IMG/VR virus record: IMGVR_UViG_3300034069_000811
Span: 1-44,926 of that record
Strand: one strand, 5' to 3'
Length of the DNA: 44,926 nucleotides
Source: a virus
Shown: in pieces, positions 7,232 through 15,864 of the stretch
How the letters are laid out: every line of letters starts with the position of its first letter
How positions within the stretch are numbered: position 1 is the first letter of the stretch
Made by a program: the position numbers and the translations under genes
The notes under the pieces: model-generated
What the model saw: only the letters and a program-made list of their open reading frames with translations
The model's database searches: none
What the model was told of the DNA's origin: nothing

Positions 7232-8012
7232 TCTGCTCTCCCATGAACGCGTTAAAGTCTTCGATCATCTTGGCATCGCCGCAACGTTTCACGTGAAACC
7301 GAAGACGCCCCAGCAAGCCCATCGCCGTCTGCAACTTGCTCGGGCGCTGCGTGCTCGCCGTCTTGGCCGTCACCTTGTCCTTGCCGGCCGCCTTCGCAGC
7401 TTGCAGGTCGGCGGCCAGCACCTTGCCGGCGTCCGCGCCGTGCTTCTTGATCGTCTTGCGCACCACATCCGCCGACACCTGGTCGCGCTCCAGCATGCGC
7501 TTGACGTCCGGCGCGGCATCGGCTAGGGCGATGCAGTCTCGCACGTGCTGCACCGACTTGCCAGGGCGCGCAGCGATCTCGGCCGGCGTCCAGCCCAAGG
7601 CAATGAGCCGCGCGTACTGCACGCCCAGCTGGAGCGGCGTCATCGGCAGACCCTGCTGGCTGGTGATCATCAGCATGATGCGGTCGGGTTCCTCGCCGCG
7701 GAAGTGGCGCGCGTCCATGCGGCGCAGCTCCAGGCCTTCTTCGATGGCGAGCAGGGCGGATGCGTGGCGGTGGTGGCCGTCGACGATGAACACCTCGCCG
7801 TCCTCGACGCTCACCTCGATCGGTGGGAACGTGGCGCCATTCTTCCAGCCGTCGGCCATCTGGCGGACATGCGCGGCGTTGATGGGCCGGCCGTTGAACC
7901 CGGACTTGACCTTGAGGACGCGAGGGTCCACCTGGAAGCTGGTGGCCTTGCTCACCGCGTCAAGCTCCTTGTCTTCGGCCATCGTCTTTAGCGATACGTG
8001 TTTCTTTTCCAT
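7218..8012 (-). CDS. ParB-like nuclease-domain protein with C-terminal HTH-like region
   Basis: 264 aa. It has the FIVDGHHR motif typical of the ParB/Srx N-terminal domain. Confidence 0.85.
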   Translation of the reverse strand: MEKKHVSLKTMAEDKELDAVSKATSFQVDPRVLKVKSGFNGRPINAAHVRQMADGWKNGATFPPIEVSVEDGEVFIVDGHHRHASALLAIEEGLELRRMDARHFRGEEPDRIMLMITSQQGLPMTPLQLGVQYARLIALGWTPAEIAARPGKSVQHVRDCIALADAAPDVKRMLERDQVSADVVRKTIKKHGADAGKVLAADLQAAKAAGKDKVTAKTASTQRPSKLQTAMGLLGRLRFHVKRCGDAKMIEDFNAFMGEQNGNQ

Positions 8013-8060
8013 ATTCTTGTCCTATGGGAGAAGACGCCCGGCTCGCGCCGGGCCGGTTGA

Positions 8061-8615
8061 TCAAATCATGTCGTCGGCGTCCGCGCCATCGGTGATCTCG
8101 TCGAAGTCCGATTCGTCGGCCGAGCTGCCGCCGGCGAAGCGGTCGCCGTCCTTGACGAACTGGACGCCGAGCAGGCTCGCATTCACGCGTTTGCCGAACT
8201 TGTTGTCCTGGACCCACAGTTCGATCGAGGCATTGACGTAGCAGCCCGAGTAGGGCTTACCGTCTTCTTCCACCAGGGGGCTGCGGTCGCGGTTGATGAT
8301 CAGCGGGCGGCCTTGGTCGCTGGGGCGGGACGAGCTGACGAACATGTTGCCCTCGTAGCCGTCATATTGCGTCTTGGCATCGCCGTCGTGCAGTGCGACC
8401 TTGTCGCTTGCCTTCAGCTGTTTGAGGATGCCGTCGGCCTTGGCGCCCCACTTGCCTTTCGCCACTTCGTCGATCGCCTTCTCGATCGTCTTGATTTGCG
8501 GATCGCCGGCCTGCAGGATGAACGACGCGTTGAAGGTTTTCTTACCGCCTTCCTGCTCTTGCGGCTGGAAGAGGTGCGGGAAGGACATGCGGACGTTGGT
8601 CAGTTTGATTTTCAT
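8061..8615 (-). CDS. DUF2815-family protein (phage ssDNA-binding-like)
   Basis: 184 aa. The N-terminus MKIKLTNVRMSFPHLFQPQ and the acidic C-terminal tail are typical of DUF2815. It is syntenic with DUF2800 and PolA. Confidence 0.8.
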   Translation of the reverse strand: MKIKLTNVRMSFPHLFQPQEQEGGKKTFNASFILQAGDPQIKTIEKAIDEVAKGKWGAKADGILKQLKASDKVALHDGDAKTQYDGYEGNMFVSSSRPSDQGRPLIINRDRSPLVEEDGKPYSGCYVNASIELWVQDNKFGKRVNASLLGVQFVKDGDRFAGGSSADESDFDEITDGADADDMI

Positions 8616-8628
8616 AATGTGCTTTCAG

Positions 8629-10110
8629 TTAAATGAGGTTGTCGCTGTCATCGTCCAGCGCGTCGAATTGTTCTTCCACCTTGCCGATGTCCAAGGCGGG
8701 CCGTTTGTCGCTTGCCGGGGCTACGGACGGCTTGCCGTTGCTCCGGGAAATCAGGTCTTGCAGCTTGTCGTACTGGCGCGGCTTGATCGTGCCGGCGGCG
8801 TGCAACTTTTCAGCGGTCGTCGGGCTGATGAGCGACCAGTCGAACATGACATCGTTCTTGAGCCTGAACGACTTGAGCAGCTTCTCGGCCTCGGCCTCGT
8901 TGCTCCACGCCCGATTGCCCTGCTTGCCCTGTACCAGCTTCCAGCCTGGGACCGGCGTGCCGGCCAGCATGCGCCGCTCAACCTCCGCCCGCACCGCCTT
9001 GCACCACCCCTCGACCAGGTCGACCGAGTCCATGCAGATGGCCAGGTGATCGTCGTCCAGTTGCCCGATGCGGTCCTCTGGTGCATCCAGCGCAGGGCGG
9101 ATGGTGGGCTTCTTGACGATGAACACAGGGTGCTCTTTGTACACGCCGCTTTCCGACTGGTATTCGGTATTGGTCGAGAAGTCCACCGCCTTGGGCGCCA
9201 CGCCGTGCGCAGCCGCGATAATGCGTTCGGCTTCGCTGATGCTGACTGCGATCTCGCCGGACTTCAGTTTTTCCAGCGCGGTGATCATTTCCTGTGCGTT
9301 GTCGATAATTCGATTGGTCAAATCGACGTCATAAAAGTCCCCCGCCACCGTCGCCAGCACCTTGTCGCGCAGCGCCGGGCAATCGCCCTTTGCTTTGCAG
9401 AACTGGCATTGCTTGTCGCCGGGCCGCAGCGCAGACTGCATTACGCGGTCGCCACCGAGGTCCGCCCACTCCAACGCCTCGCGCCCTGCCGCCAAGGCTT
9501 CCTGTTCGAACTCCCGCAGTTCCTCGACCGTGCAAGTCCACTCGTCGACGTGGTCCAAGCGCGGCTGGTCGATGATCAGTACAACCTCGTCGAAGTCGTA
9601 CAACAGGCCGAACTCATCCAGGGCACCCAGTGCGTACAGCATCAGCTGCGGGTTGCGCTCGGCGAACACCTTGACGCCGCGGCCGTACTTCTTGTCGCGG
9701 ATACGCATCTGACGCTTGGCAGGCTTGATAATTAAGCAATCGCAGGTACCGAACTGCTCGGGCACGCCGGCATCGTTCCCGGCGAAGATCGGGAGCCGCT
9801 GCTCGACAAACAGTTCGTCACCTTCTTCCAGGTCGTGGCGGACGTGGTCCAGGTACTTCTGCACCTCGCGGGCCATGTCTGCCGAAACGACGGCCTGCTT
9901 CTCGACAACGTGGTCGGTGTAGCGGAAGTTGCTGCACACGCCGGCCGGGATCTTCATCTCGAGGCAGTGGGCCGCCACCGCGTGCGCCAGCGTGCCCTCG
10001 TCGGCAAACTCGCTGCTCTTGTCCGGGTAAGCGGACTCGAGCGCCAGGCTGCCGGGGCAGGCCATCCAGCGGTGCGCGCCGGACGGGCTGAGTTTGGCGT
10101 GGTCAGCCAT
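8629..10110 (-). CDS. DUF2800-family PD-(D/E)XK (Cas4/RecB-like) nuclease
   Basis: 493 aa. The N-terminus [21 protein letters not shown] is the hallmark start of DUF2800, and a Cys cluster ([10 protein letters not shown]) is present. Confidence 0.8.
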   Translation of the reverse strand: MADHAKLSPSGAHRWMACPGSLALESAYPDKSSEFADEGTLAHAVAAHCLEMKIPAGVCSNFRYTDHVVEKQAVVSADMAREVQKYLDHVRHDLEEGDELFVEQRLPIFAGNDAGVPEQFGTCDCLIIKPAKRQMRIRDKKYGRGVKVFAERNPQLMLYALGALDEFGLLYDFDEVVLIIDQPRLDHVDEWTCTVEELREFEQEALAAGREALEWADLGGDRVMQSALRPGDKQCQFCKAKGDCPALRDKVLATVAGDFYDVDLTNRIIDNAQEMITALEKLKSGEIAVSISEAERIIAAAHGVAPKAVDFSTNTEYQSESGVYKEHPVFIVKKPTIRPALDAPEDRIGQLDDDHLAICMDSVDLVEGWCKAVRAEVERRMLAGTPVPGWKLVQGKQGNRAWSNEAEAEKLLKSFRLKNDVMFDWSLISPTTAEKLHAAGTIKPRQYDKLQDLISRSNGKPSVAPASDKRPALDIGKVEEQFDALDDDSDNLI

Positions 10111-10112
10111 GA

Positions 10113-10646
10113 TCAGCCCGCCAGCAGCGCGTTGCCGTCGGCGACGATCGCGGCGAACTGATCAGCCTTCAGCGAGTCGCCGGTCTTGGCGCCGAACTTG
10201 TCCAGCAGGCCGCGCAGCGCTTCCTTGCCCTTGATCTTGGAAACCTGCAGCAGCACCGGGTAGACGTCCTTCTTGTAGTCCAAGGCGGCCTGTTCGGTAT
10301 CGTCTATGCCCAGCACCTTGGCCACGTCCTTCGCTTTTTGTTCGATCTTGTCGAGCGCGGCCTCGATCTCAGCGTCGGACTTGAGAGGTTTCTCGTTCGC
10401 CTTGGCGCCCTGTGCTGCGGCTTCCTTGGTCGCAGCGACGCGCTCGGTGCGGGCTTCGGCCAGCTCGGCGGCTTTGGCTTGAATCGGATCGCCCTCGGTG
10501 ATAGTGCCTTTCAGTTTGCGCACTTCGCCGTTAGTGACGGGGGCGATAGTCATAGCCGAACTGAACGGCACCCCCGTCGACTTGATTGCGGCCGCCAGTT
10601 CGCGCAGTGCACCGGCGTGTTCCAAAATTGCTTGTTCCATGCTCAT
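10113..10646 (-). CDS. Hypothetical protein (177 aa), first gene of the leftward arm
   Basis: ORF from the track. Ala/Lys/Glu-rich. GGAAGGAAAC SD upstream. Confidence 0.75.
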   Translation of the reverse strand: MSMEQAILEHAGALRELAAAIKSTGVPFSSAMTIAPVTNGEVRKLKGTITEGDPIQAKAAELAEARTERVAATKEAAAQGAKANEKPLKSDAEIEAALDKIEQKAKDVAKVLGIDDTEQAALDYKKDVYPVLLQVSKIKGKEALRGLLDKFGAKTGDSLKADQFAAIVADGNALLAG

Positions 10647-10794
10647 GTTGTTTCCTTCCGTATTTAGGTTGATCAGTGCGACGAATCAATGTTCCCACAA
10701 CTATTTTGTTTTCGCAAGCGATTCGTTGAAATATTTTTCTTGTGCTTAGATTCTAGTTGCGACATACTTTGCACAACTACACAACGGAGGTCGT
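10647..10794. promoter_or_regulatory. AT-rich divergent control region between the two genome arms
   Basis: 148 nt of non-coding AT-rich sequence. Inverted repeat ACGAATC (10681-87) / GATTCGT (10720-26). Rightward candidate promoter TTGTGC-N17-CATACT (10740-10768). Direct CACAAC repeats at 10772 and 10780. Confidence 0.6.
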
Positions 10795-11166
10795 ATGGAA
10801 AAGACGCAGTACACCGGCTTGCAGCGCGCGCTGATGGCCGTCGGCGATGTGCCTCGCCTGGCGCGTGCGCTGGGCGTGACGCAGAAGGTAATCAACAACT
10901 GGCTGCGCGAGGACGGCGTCACCCCGCCGCCGGAGACCCGGCCGGAAGACAGCGCCATCCGCCGCGCAGTGAAGCAGGCCGGCGGCTCGACCAAGATGGG
11001 CCTGGCGCTGGGCGTATCCCACCAGGCCGTCGAAGGCTGGATTCGCCAGGGCTACGTGCCCAAGGCCAGGGCGCAGGAGATCGAGCTGCAGTTCGGCGTG
11101 CCGCGCGTCGAGCTGATCTCGCCGAAGGTGCGTAACGAACTGGGACTTGGCGGGGGTGATCTGTGA
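10795..11166 (+). CDS. Tandem (duplicated) Cro/YdaS-type HTH regulator
   Basis: 123 aa. Two internal repeats, LARALGVTQKVINNWLRE and GLALGVSHQAVEGWIRQ. GGAGG SD. It is the first gene of the rightward arm. Confidence 0.8.
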   Translation: MEKTQYTGLQRALMAVGDVPRLARALGVTQKVINNWLREDGVTPPPETRPEDSAIRRAVKQAGGSTKMGLALGVSHQAVEGWIRQGYVPKARAQEIELQFGVPRVELISPKVRNELGLGGGDL

Positions 11167-11486
11167 ATACCGATCGCGAACTGCTCGAGCTGGCAGCTAA
11201 GGCAGCTGGACTGACTGTTATCGGCTGCTACGACGGGGACGATGCTGAATTCTGGGTTACCGTCGAACCCCGGCAGAAAGATCTCGGCTGGAACCCGCTG
11301 GCCGACGACGGCGATGCGCTACGCCTTGCGGTCCAACTAGGACTAGATCTCTCGCTACATGGGGATTCTGCGCTTGCCGGTGACATCTACAACGACCAAT
11401 GGGACTCTTGCGAAGTGTATGGCATGGACAAATTGGCCGCGGTACGCCGCGCCATCGTGGTAGCCGCTGCGGAGTATGCCAAATGA
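11163..11486 (+). CDS. Hypothetical phage protein (107 aa)
   Basis: ORF from the track, with a 4-nt overlap with the upstream gene. The motif WNPLADDGDALRLAV recurs in phage proteins (from memory). Confidence 0.75.
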   Translation: MNTDRELLELAAKAAGLTVIGCYDGDDAEFWVTVEPRQKDLGWNPLADDGDALRLAVQLGLDLSLHGDSALAGDIYNDQWDSCEVYGMDKLAAVRRAIVVAAAEYAK

Positions 11487-11620
11487 TCCGCATCTGGCGT
11501 CTCACCATCCACGGCCAGCCGCCGTACCTCGTCGCCGGCGATCGCAACGCGATCATGGACATGGCTTATGACAACGGGGCGCTGGGCGTCACCATTTTTG
11601 AAGCGGAGGAATTCAAATGA
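11483..11620 (+). CDS. Small protein, 45 aa (MIRIWRLTIHGQPPYLVAGDRNAIMDMAYDNGALGVTIFEAEEFK)
   Basis: The internal ATG of track ORF 11399..11620 forms an ATGA overlap with the upstream stop. Its own stop forms an ATGA overlap with the next start. Confidence 0.55.
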   Translation: MIRIWRLTIHGQPPYLVAGDRNAIMDMAYDNGALGVTIFEAEEFK

Positions 11621-12711
11621 ACAACATCGACCTGGCACAACTGGACACCATCCTGAAGCGGCTGTACGACGTTTTGCCCGCAAGCCCGAACGATGTGCCC
11701 GACGATTCGCGCGAACTCTGGGACATCTACGAAGACCTGCGCCAGCTTGCCCGCCGCTCCCTTACCAGTGCAGCGCCCGATCAGGCATCGCCTTGGTTCG
11801 ACTCTGCAATGGATACCGGCGTGCTCCCGGACGCCGCCCCTGTCCATGATGCCGCTGCCCCGAGCGCTGAACAAGCTATGTGCGACAGCTGCGATAACCT
11901 GGCGTCGATCAATAAAGATGGAAGTTGTGGTCCGTGCATTGAATGCCTAGAGTGGGAAGCTGAAATGGACGCAGAGACTTTTGACCGTCGTGCGCAATTT
12001 GAACGTTGGGCGTCGGGTGGCGCTCACGTCACTATGTCACATGTATTTAGCTTCACACGGCACCCTAACCTTAACCGTTATCTTGAGTGGACTACCGAAA
12101 TCTGCTGGCGCGTGTGGCGGGCAGCTACCGCTCTGTCGGCCGGTGCCGCTGCAAAGACCGATCATGCGAGCCGCGATTCGGATAAAAGCTTCCTGCAATG
12201 GATTCATGACCGCCTGCGCTTTGTCCATGCCGAGAATGAGAACTACGACTACATGCACAAGTTGCGCGCAATAATTGCCGCAATGTCGGGCAACGAAAGC
12301 ACGCCGAACGCGGCCAGCGCAGCAGGTGCAGGAAGCGAGCGGGACGACAGTGTATTGCGCACCGCCCACGAGCTAACCCTCGCTATCTGGCGTGGTTCTT
12401 GGGCTGATGTTTCTCCCAACTTTGAGCCCCTGCAAGACTTGCCAGGCCTTCTCTCGCAGATCGACAACATGACCTCGGGGATGGTGCGTGCACCCAGCGC
12501 TGCCGTACAGGACGAGCGAGCGTCGACCGATGCTGAGTTTTTGTCGAAGCGGCTTGCGCGGGTGGCAAAGCTGGTCGGCGCGCCCATTCCCGAACACTTC
12601 ACGCATGAGCAGGTCGCTGAAACCGCCGGCACGATCTTGGGCGAAATCGCCCGCAAGCTTGAGGCCCGCGCCGCTCACCCTGTCCAGGATGGCGAGAAGG
12701 ATGCGAAATGA
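11617..12711 (+). CDS. Hypothetical protein (364 aa) with a Cys-cluster (CDSCDN...CGPCIEC)
   Basis: ORF from the track. No family recognised. Confidence 0.8.
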   Translation: MNNIDLAQLDTILKRLYDVLPASPNDVPDDSRELWDIYEDLRQLARRSLTSAAPDQASPWFDSAMDTGVLPDAAPVHDAAAPSAEQAMCDSCDNLASINKDGSCGPCIECLEWEAEMDAETFDRRAQFERWASGGAHVTMSHVFSFTRHPNLNRYLEWTTEICWRVWRAATALSAGAAAKTDHASRDSDKSFLQWIHDRLRFVHAENENYDYMHKLRAIIAAMSGNESTPNAASAAGAGSERDDSVLRTAHELTLAIWRGSWADVSPNFEPLQDLPGLLSQIDNMTSGMVRAPSAAVQDERASTDAEFLSKRLARVAKLVGAPIPEHFTHEQVAETAGTILGEIARKLEARAAHPVQDGEKDAK

Positions 12712-12809
12712 AAATCATCCGAGCAATCCTAGCTGCCTGGCACACGTCGCCCGCCTGTCATTGCGATAGCAACCAGGGGCGGCGGCCGTGCCGATGCCGG
12801 CGCGCTTGA
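12708..12809 (+). CDS. Possible small Cys/Arg-rich protein, 33 aa (MKIIRAILAAWHTSPACHCDSNQGRRPCRCRRA)
   Basis: ATGA overlap with the upstream stop. It ends 13 nt before an intrinsic terminator. Not in the ORF track. Confidence 0.35.
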   Translation: MKIIRAILAAWHTSPACHCDSNQGRRPCRCRRA

Positions 12810-12821
12810 CCCTTATTCCCT

Positions 12822-12847
12822 GGCCGCCTTCGGGCGGCTTTTTGTTT
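12822..12847 (+). terminator. Rho-independent terminator
   Basis: GCCGCC-TTCG-GGCGGC stem-loop followed by TTTTTGTTT. Confidence 0.8.
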
Positions 12848-12946
12848 GGTGCAATAGATTAGAGGATCTATTCTAAAAGTGATTTGATATTGGTCAATTG
12901 TTCGGTGGTATTCTTGAACGGCCAACCTAGAATTTTAACCAATAGT

Positions 12947-13025
12947 CCCAGGAGGGAACCGTCGCCCGGTATTGGTCCGGTAGGTTTGGCGACTTAGACG
13001 GTTCCCTCCTGGGGCTTTCCTTTTT
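12947..13025 (+). other. Long hairpin (17-bp perfect stem, 33-nt loop) followed by a U-rich tract; terminator-like or structured element
   Basis: 12947-12963 CCCAGGAGGGAACCGTC pairs perfectly with 12997-13013 GACGGTTCCCTCCTGGG. GCTTTCCTTTTT follows. Confidence 0.6.
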
Positions 13026-13037
13026 GAAAGCCAAACC

Positions 13038-13274
13038 ATGCACTTCGACTTACTCAACACCACGCAGGCGGAACGCGACGCGAAAGACGCTGCCCGGTAT
13101 CGCTGGCTTTGTAATAACAATTTCGACAAGGAAGGGGTGTCTCAGATACATACCTTCCTTAAGACCTGGGAATCGCACTCCGCCACCGGCGAGCCCCAAC
13201 TGTGGTCGCAGAGGATCCGCGGCGGGGCCCTCGATTTGATAATTGATCGCGCAATGGCGGAGGATTCGAAATGA
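13038..13274 (+). CDS. Hypothetical protein (78 aa)
   Basis: ORF from the track. There is no obvious SD; the AGGAGG nearby is locked in the upstream hairpin. Confidence 0.6.
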   Translation: MHFDLLNTTQAERDAKDAARYRWLCNNNFDKEGVSQIHTFLKTWESHSATGEPQLWSQRIRGGALDLIIDRAMAEDSK

Positions 13275-13573
13275 TTTATGAGATCCTCCGAGGCGACGCC
13301 ATCGCCCAACTGCGCACTATTCCCGACAACACGTTCGACAGCATCGTCACCGACCCGCCCTACGAACTCGGCTTCATGGGTAAGGCCTGGGACGCCTCGG
13401 GCATCGCCAACAGCGTCGAGCTGTGGGCCGAGGCGCTGCGCGTGCTCAAGCCGGGCGGCCACCTGCTGGCGTTCAGCGGCTCGCGCACCTATCACCGTAT
13501 GGCCGTGGCCATCGAGCACGCCGACATCGCCGAGGGCCGGGCCATCCATGAGCTGACCGGGGGAATGCTGTGA
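13271..13573 (+). CDS. N-terminal fragment of a beta-class N6A/N4C DNA methyltransferase (truncated, probably non-functional)
   Basis: 100 aa carrying IVTDPPY (motif IV) and RVLKPGG. The frame stops before any FxGxG AdoMet-binding motif I, and the next gene starts at its stop codon. Confidence 0.7.
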   Translation: MIYEILRGDAIAQLRTIPDNTFDSIVTDPPYELGFMGKAWDASGIANSVELWAEALRVLKPGGHLLAFSGSRTYHRMAVAIEHADIAEGRAIHELTGGML

Positions 13574-15687
13574 TGGCCGCCACCGACGCCCGCAAAGTTC
13601 CTGTACAACTAAAGCCCGAAAACATCCCGGCATCCCTGCGCGCTGAACGACGATGGGTAGCTTGGCTTCCGAAATGGGCGGATGGTAAGTTCGGCAAGAA
13701 ACCCGGCCGCATCGATCGCCCGGGAATCGGCCTTACAAACTGGGCCAACGAGGGCTGGGTCGACTTTGACACCGCGGTGGCCGCCTGGCGTGCGAACCCG
13801 TCTATCTTCGGCGGCGTGGGCTACGTGATGACCGGCTCGTCCTGCGTCACCGGGGTCGACCTGGACGGCTGCATCGACGCTGCAGGCAATATAGCGCCGT
13901 GGGCCGCCGAGATCGTGCAGGGCCTGAACACCTACACCGAGGTGTCGCCGTCGGGCACGGGCATCCGCGCTTTCGTCGAAGGGCACCTGGAGGACTGGCA
14001 AACGCCGCGCGACGGCGAGGTCAAGATCGAGGTGTACGGCGGTTCGGCGGGGCGGTTCCTTACGGTGACTGGTGCGCACTTGGCCTCGTCCCCCGCCGAG
14101 GTCCGGCCTGCGCAATCTTCTGTCCTGGCCGACATGCGGGCGCGCTATAAAATGGCGCCGAAAGCGAAGGCCGAGGTAGAAGATTTGCATCTGCCCGACA
14201 TCATCCCTGAATGCCTGTTGCGCGATGTGTCTGAACTGAATCTTCCGGCGCACGCGCGCAATTTTTTATCGGACGGTCCAACCAGCACGGATCGCTCAAG
14301 CCAGTTGTTCGCCACGGCGCTAGCGCTGATTCAAGCTGGTGAGTCGCGCGAGCAGGTATATAGTCGGCTGGCCAACAACGAGCACGCGCTCAGCTTGGCC
14401 GAGGATCATTGGAAAGGCCATGCGGAGAAAGCATTACGCTACCTGTGGAAGCACAGCGCGCAAAAGGGCGAAGAGCGGGCCAAGCAAATAGGCCAGCAGC
14501 GTTTCGACGAGTTCGATGATCTCGAACCCGCTGCGGCGAGGGCCGAACAGGCCGCCCGGTCAGCGCCACAAGCCGTTGATTCTGCTGATGATTTTGACGA
14601 TCTAGACGCTTCCGAGCAGCGCCAAGTGGCCGCCGATAATCGGCACGTCGATCTGGCTCCTGTAAAAAGACACAGGTTCGACGTCGAGACTGTTGACCAG
14701 TTCCTACAGCACACGCCGCCTAAATGGATCGTCAAGAACGTCTTGCCTCGGGCCGGCCTGGCGGTGATCTACGGCGCGAGCAGTAGCGGCAAGACGTTCT
14801 TTACCCTGGATCTGGTCAGTGCGGTAGCGCGCGGCCAGGACTGGCGCGGGGCCAAGGTCAACAAGGGACGGGTGCTGTACGTGGTCGCCGAGGGTGCGGG
14901 CGGCTTTCGCAACAGGCTTCAAGCGTATTGCGATTTCCATGGCGTGGATCCGGGCCAGTTTGAGATTAGCCTGTTGCGTCAGGCCCCGAACCTGTTGACC
15001 AAGGACGATATTCGAGAGTTTCTGGAGAAGGTGGTACCGCTCGGCGGCTTCGACATCATCGTGATCGACACCTATGCGCGAGCCATGGCCGGCGGCAACG
15101 AGAACGACGCCAAGGACGTCGGCCAGGCGGTGGCGCACTGTGACGTCATCCACCGCAAGACGGGCGCTATGGTCGTACTCGTGCACCACAGCGGCAAGGA
15201 CGCGACGAAGGGCGCTCGAGGCTCGGGGGCGCTGCGGGCGGCCGCGGATCTTGAAATCGAGGTGGTGCAGACACGCGAGTACAGGGCGGCCACCGTCACA
15301 AAGCAGAAGGATGGCGCGGACGGGGCCGAATATCAGTTCAAACTGGCCGAGGTCGCGATTGGCGAGGATGAGGACGGCGAGACGATCACCTCCTGCGTGG
15401 TCGAGCATAAAGAGGGGTTGGCGCGGCCGAGTGTTCTGGGGCGAACTCTAAACCCGCTGCAGCGGATGGTGATGGACACCCTGCGTTCGCTGCTTGACCT
15501 GAGCGACGCGCCCACCTACTCCGAGGACCTGCGCACCGCGGTTTTGGCCAGGGTGCCGCGCAATCCGGACTCCAAACGGGACAACCGGCCGAGGGATATC
15601 AAGACCGCGATTGGTGCTTTGATCGAGGGCGGCGAGATCATCGAAGGTGAAAAGTCCGCTTTGGAACTTGCAAATAATGACGGGTAA
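13570..15687 (+). CDS. AEP-type primase-polymerase fused to a RepA/DnaB-like (AAA_25-type) ATPase
   Basis: 705 aa. Motifs: GVDLDGC and EVSPSGTGIRAF (AEP-like), Walker A GASSSGKT, VIVIDTY (Walker B-like). The start is GTG 13570 or ATG 13573. Confidence 0.85.
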   Translation: MMAATDARKVPVQLKPENIPASLRAERRWVAWLPKWADGKFGKKPGRIDRPGIGLTNWANEGWVDFDTAVAAWRANPSIFGGVGYVMTGSSCVTGVDLDGCIDAAGNIAPWAAEIVQGLNTYTEVSPSGTGIRAFVEGHLEDWQTPRDGEVKIEVYGGSAGRFLTVTGAHLASSPAEVRPAQSSVLADMRARYKMAPKAKAEVEDLHLPDIIPECLLRDVSELNLPAHARNFLSDGPTSTDRSSQLFATALALIQAGESREQVYSRLANNEHALSLAEDHWKGHAEKALRYLWKHSAQKGEERAKQIGQQRFDEFDDLEPAAARAEQAARSAPQAVDSADDFDDLDASEQRQVAADNRHVDLAPVKRHRFDVETVDQFLQHTPPKWIVKNVLPRAGLAVIYGASSSGKTFFTLDLVSAVARGQDWRGAKVNKGRVLYVVAEGAGGFRNRLQAYCDFHGVDPGQFEISLLRQAPNLLTKDDIREFLEKVVPLGGFDIIVIDTYARAMAGGNENDAKDVGQAVAHCDVIHRKTGAMVVLVHHSGKDATKGARGSGALRAAADLEIEVVQTREYRAATVTKQKDGADGAEYQFKLAEVAIGEDEDGETITSCVVEHKEGLARPSVLGRTLNPLQRMVMDTLRSLLDLSDAPTYSEDLRTAVLARVPRNPDSKRDNRPRDIKTAIGALIEGGEIIEGEKSALELANNDG

Positions 15688-15701
15688 GCAGTAATTTGCA
15701 T

Positions 15702-15830
15702 TGCTTCATTTGCTTCATCCTGCTTCATTTGCTTCATTTGAAGCAGGACCAAGACCTTCTTCTGCTTCATTTGCTTCACACTGTCTATAGACAGTGAAGC
15801 AATGAAGCAGTGGAAGGTGGCCTTGAAGCA
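15702..15830. repeat. Iteron-like array: 10 copies of the heptamer TGCTTCA (6 direct, 4 inverted) around an 18-bp perfect palindrome
   Basis: Direct copies start at 15702, 15711, 15721, 15730, 15763 and 15772. Inverted TGAAGCA copies start at 15739, 15795, 15803 and 15824. Palindrome CACTGTCTATAGACAGTG lies at 15779-15796. Confidence 0.85.
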
Positions 15831-15864
15831 AGATCTAGTAATTTTTTACAGACAGAGGTGGCAA

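Noticed and set aside
7218-8012. The ParB-like protein as evidence for a plasmid-prophage partition system.
   Set aside because: There is no ParA partner and no recognisable parS. ParB/Srx-domain nucleases are common stand-alone genes in this type of phage replication module.
10740-10776. Shared TTGTGC/GCACAA half-sites between the divergent control region and the 85-bp cassettes, as proof of a common operator.
   Set aside because: The spacing differs (25 versus 8 nt), and a given hexamer is expected about 20 times by chance on both strands of 45 kb. It is kept only as a weak note inside a finding.
12935-13129. A 64-aa minus-strand ORF spanning the long hairpin and the start of gene 13038.
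   Set aside because: It is the only minus-strand ORF in a uniformly plus-strand arm, it reads through both hairpin arms, and it has no SD.
15516-15864. ORF 15516..15779 (-) translating MKQMKQKK..., and the track start at 15802 for the HNH gene (MKQWKVALKQ...).
   Set aside because: Both are created by reading through the TGCTTCA/TGAAGCA heptamer array. The HNH family similarity and a good SD begin only at ATG 15865.
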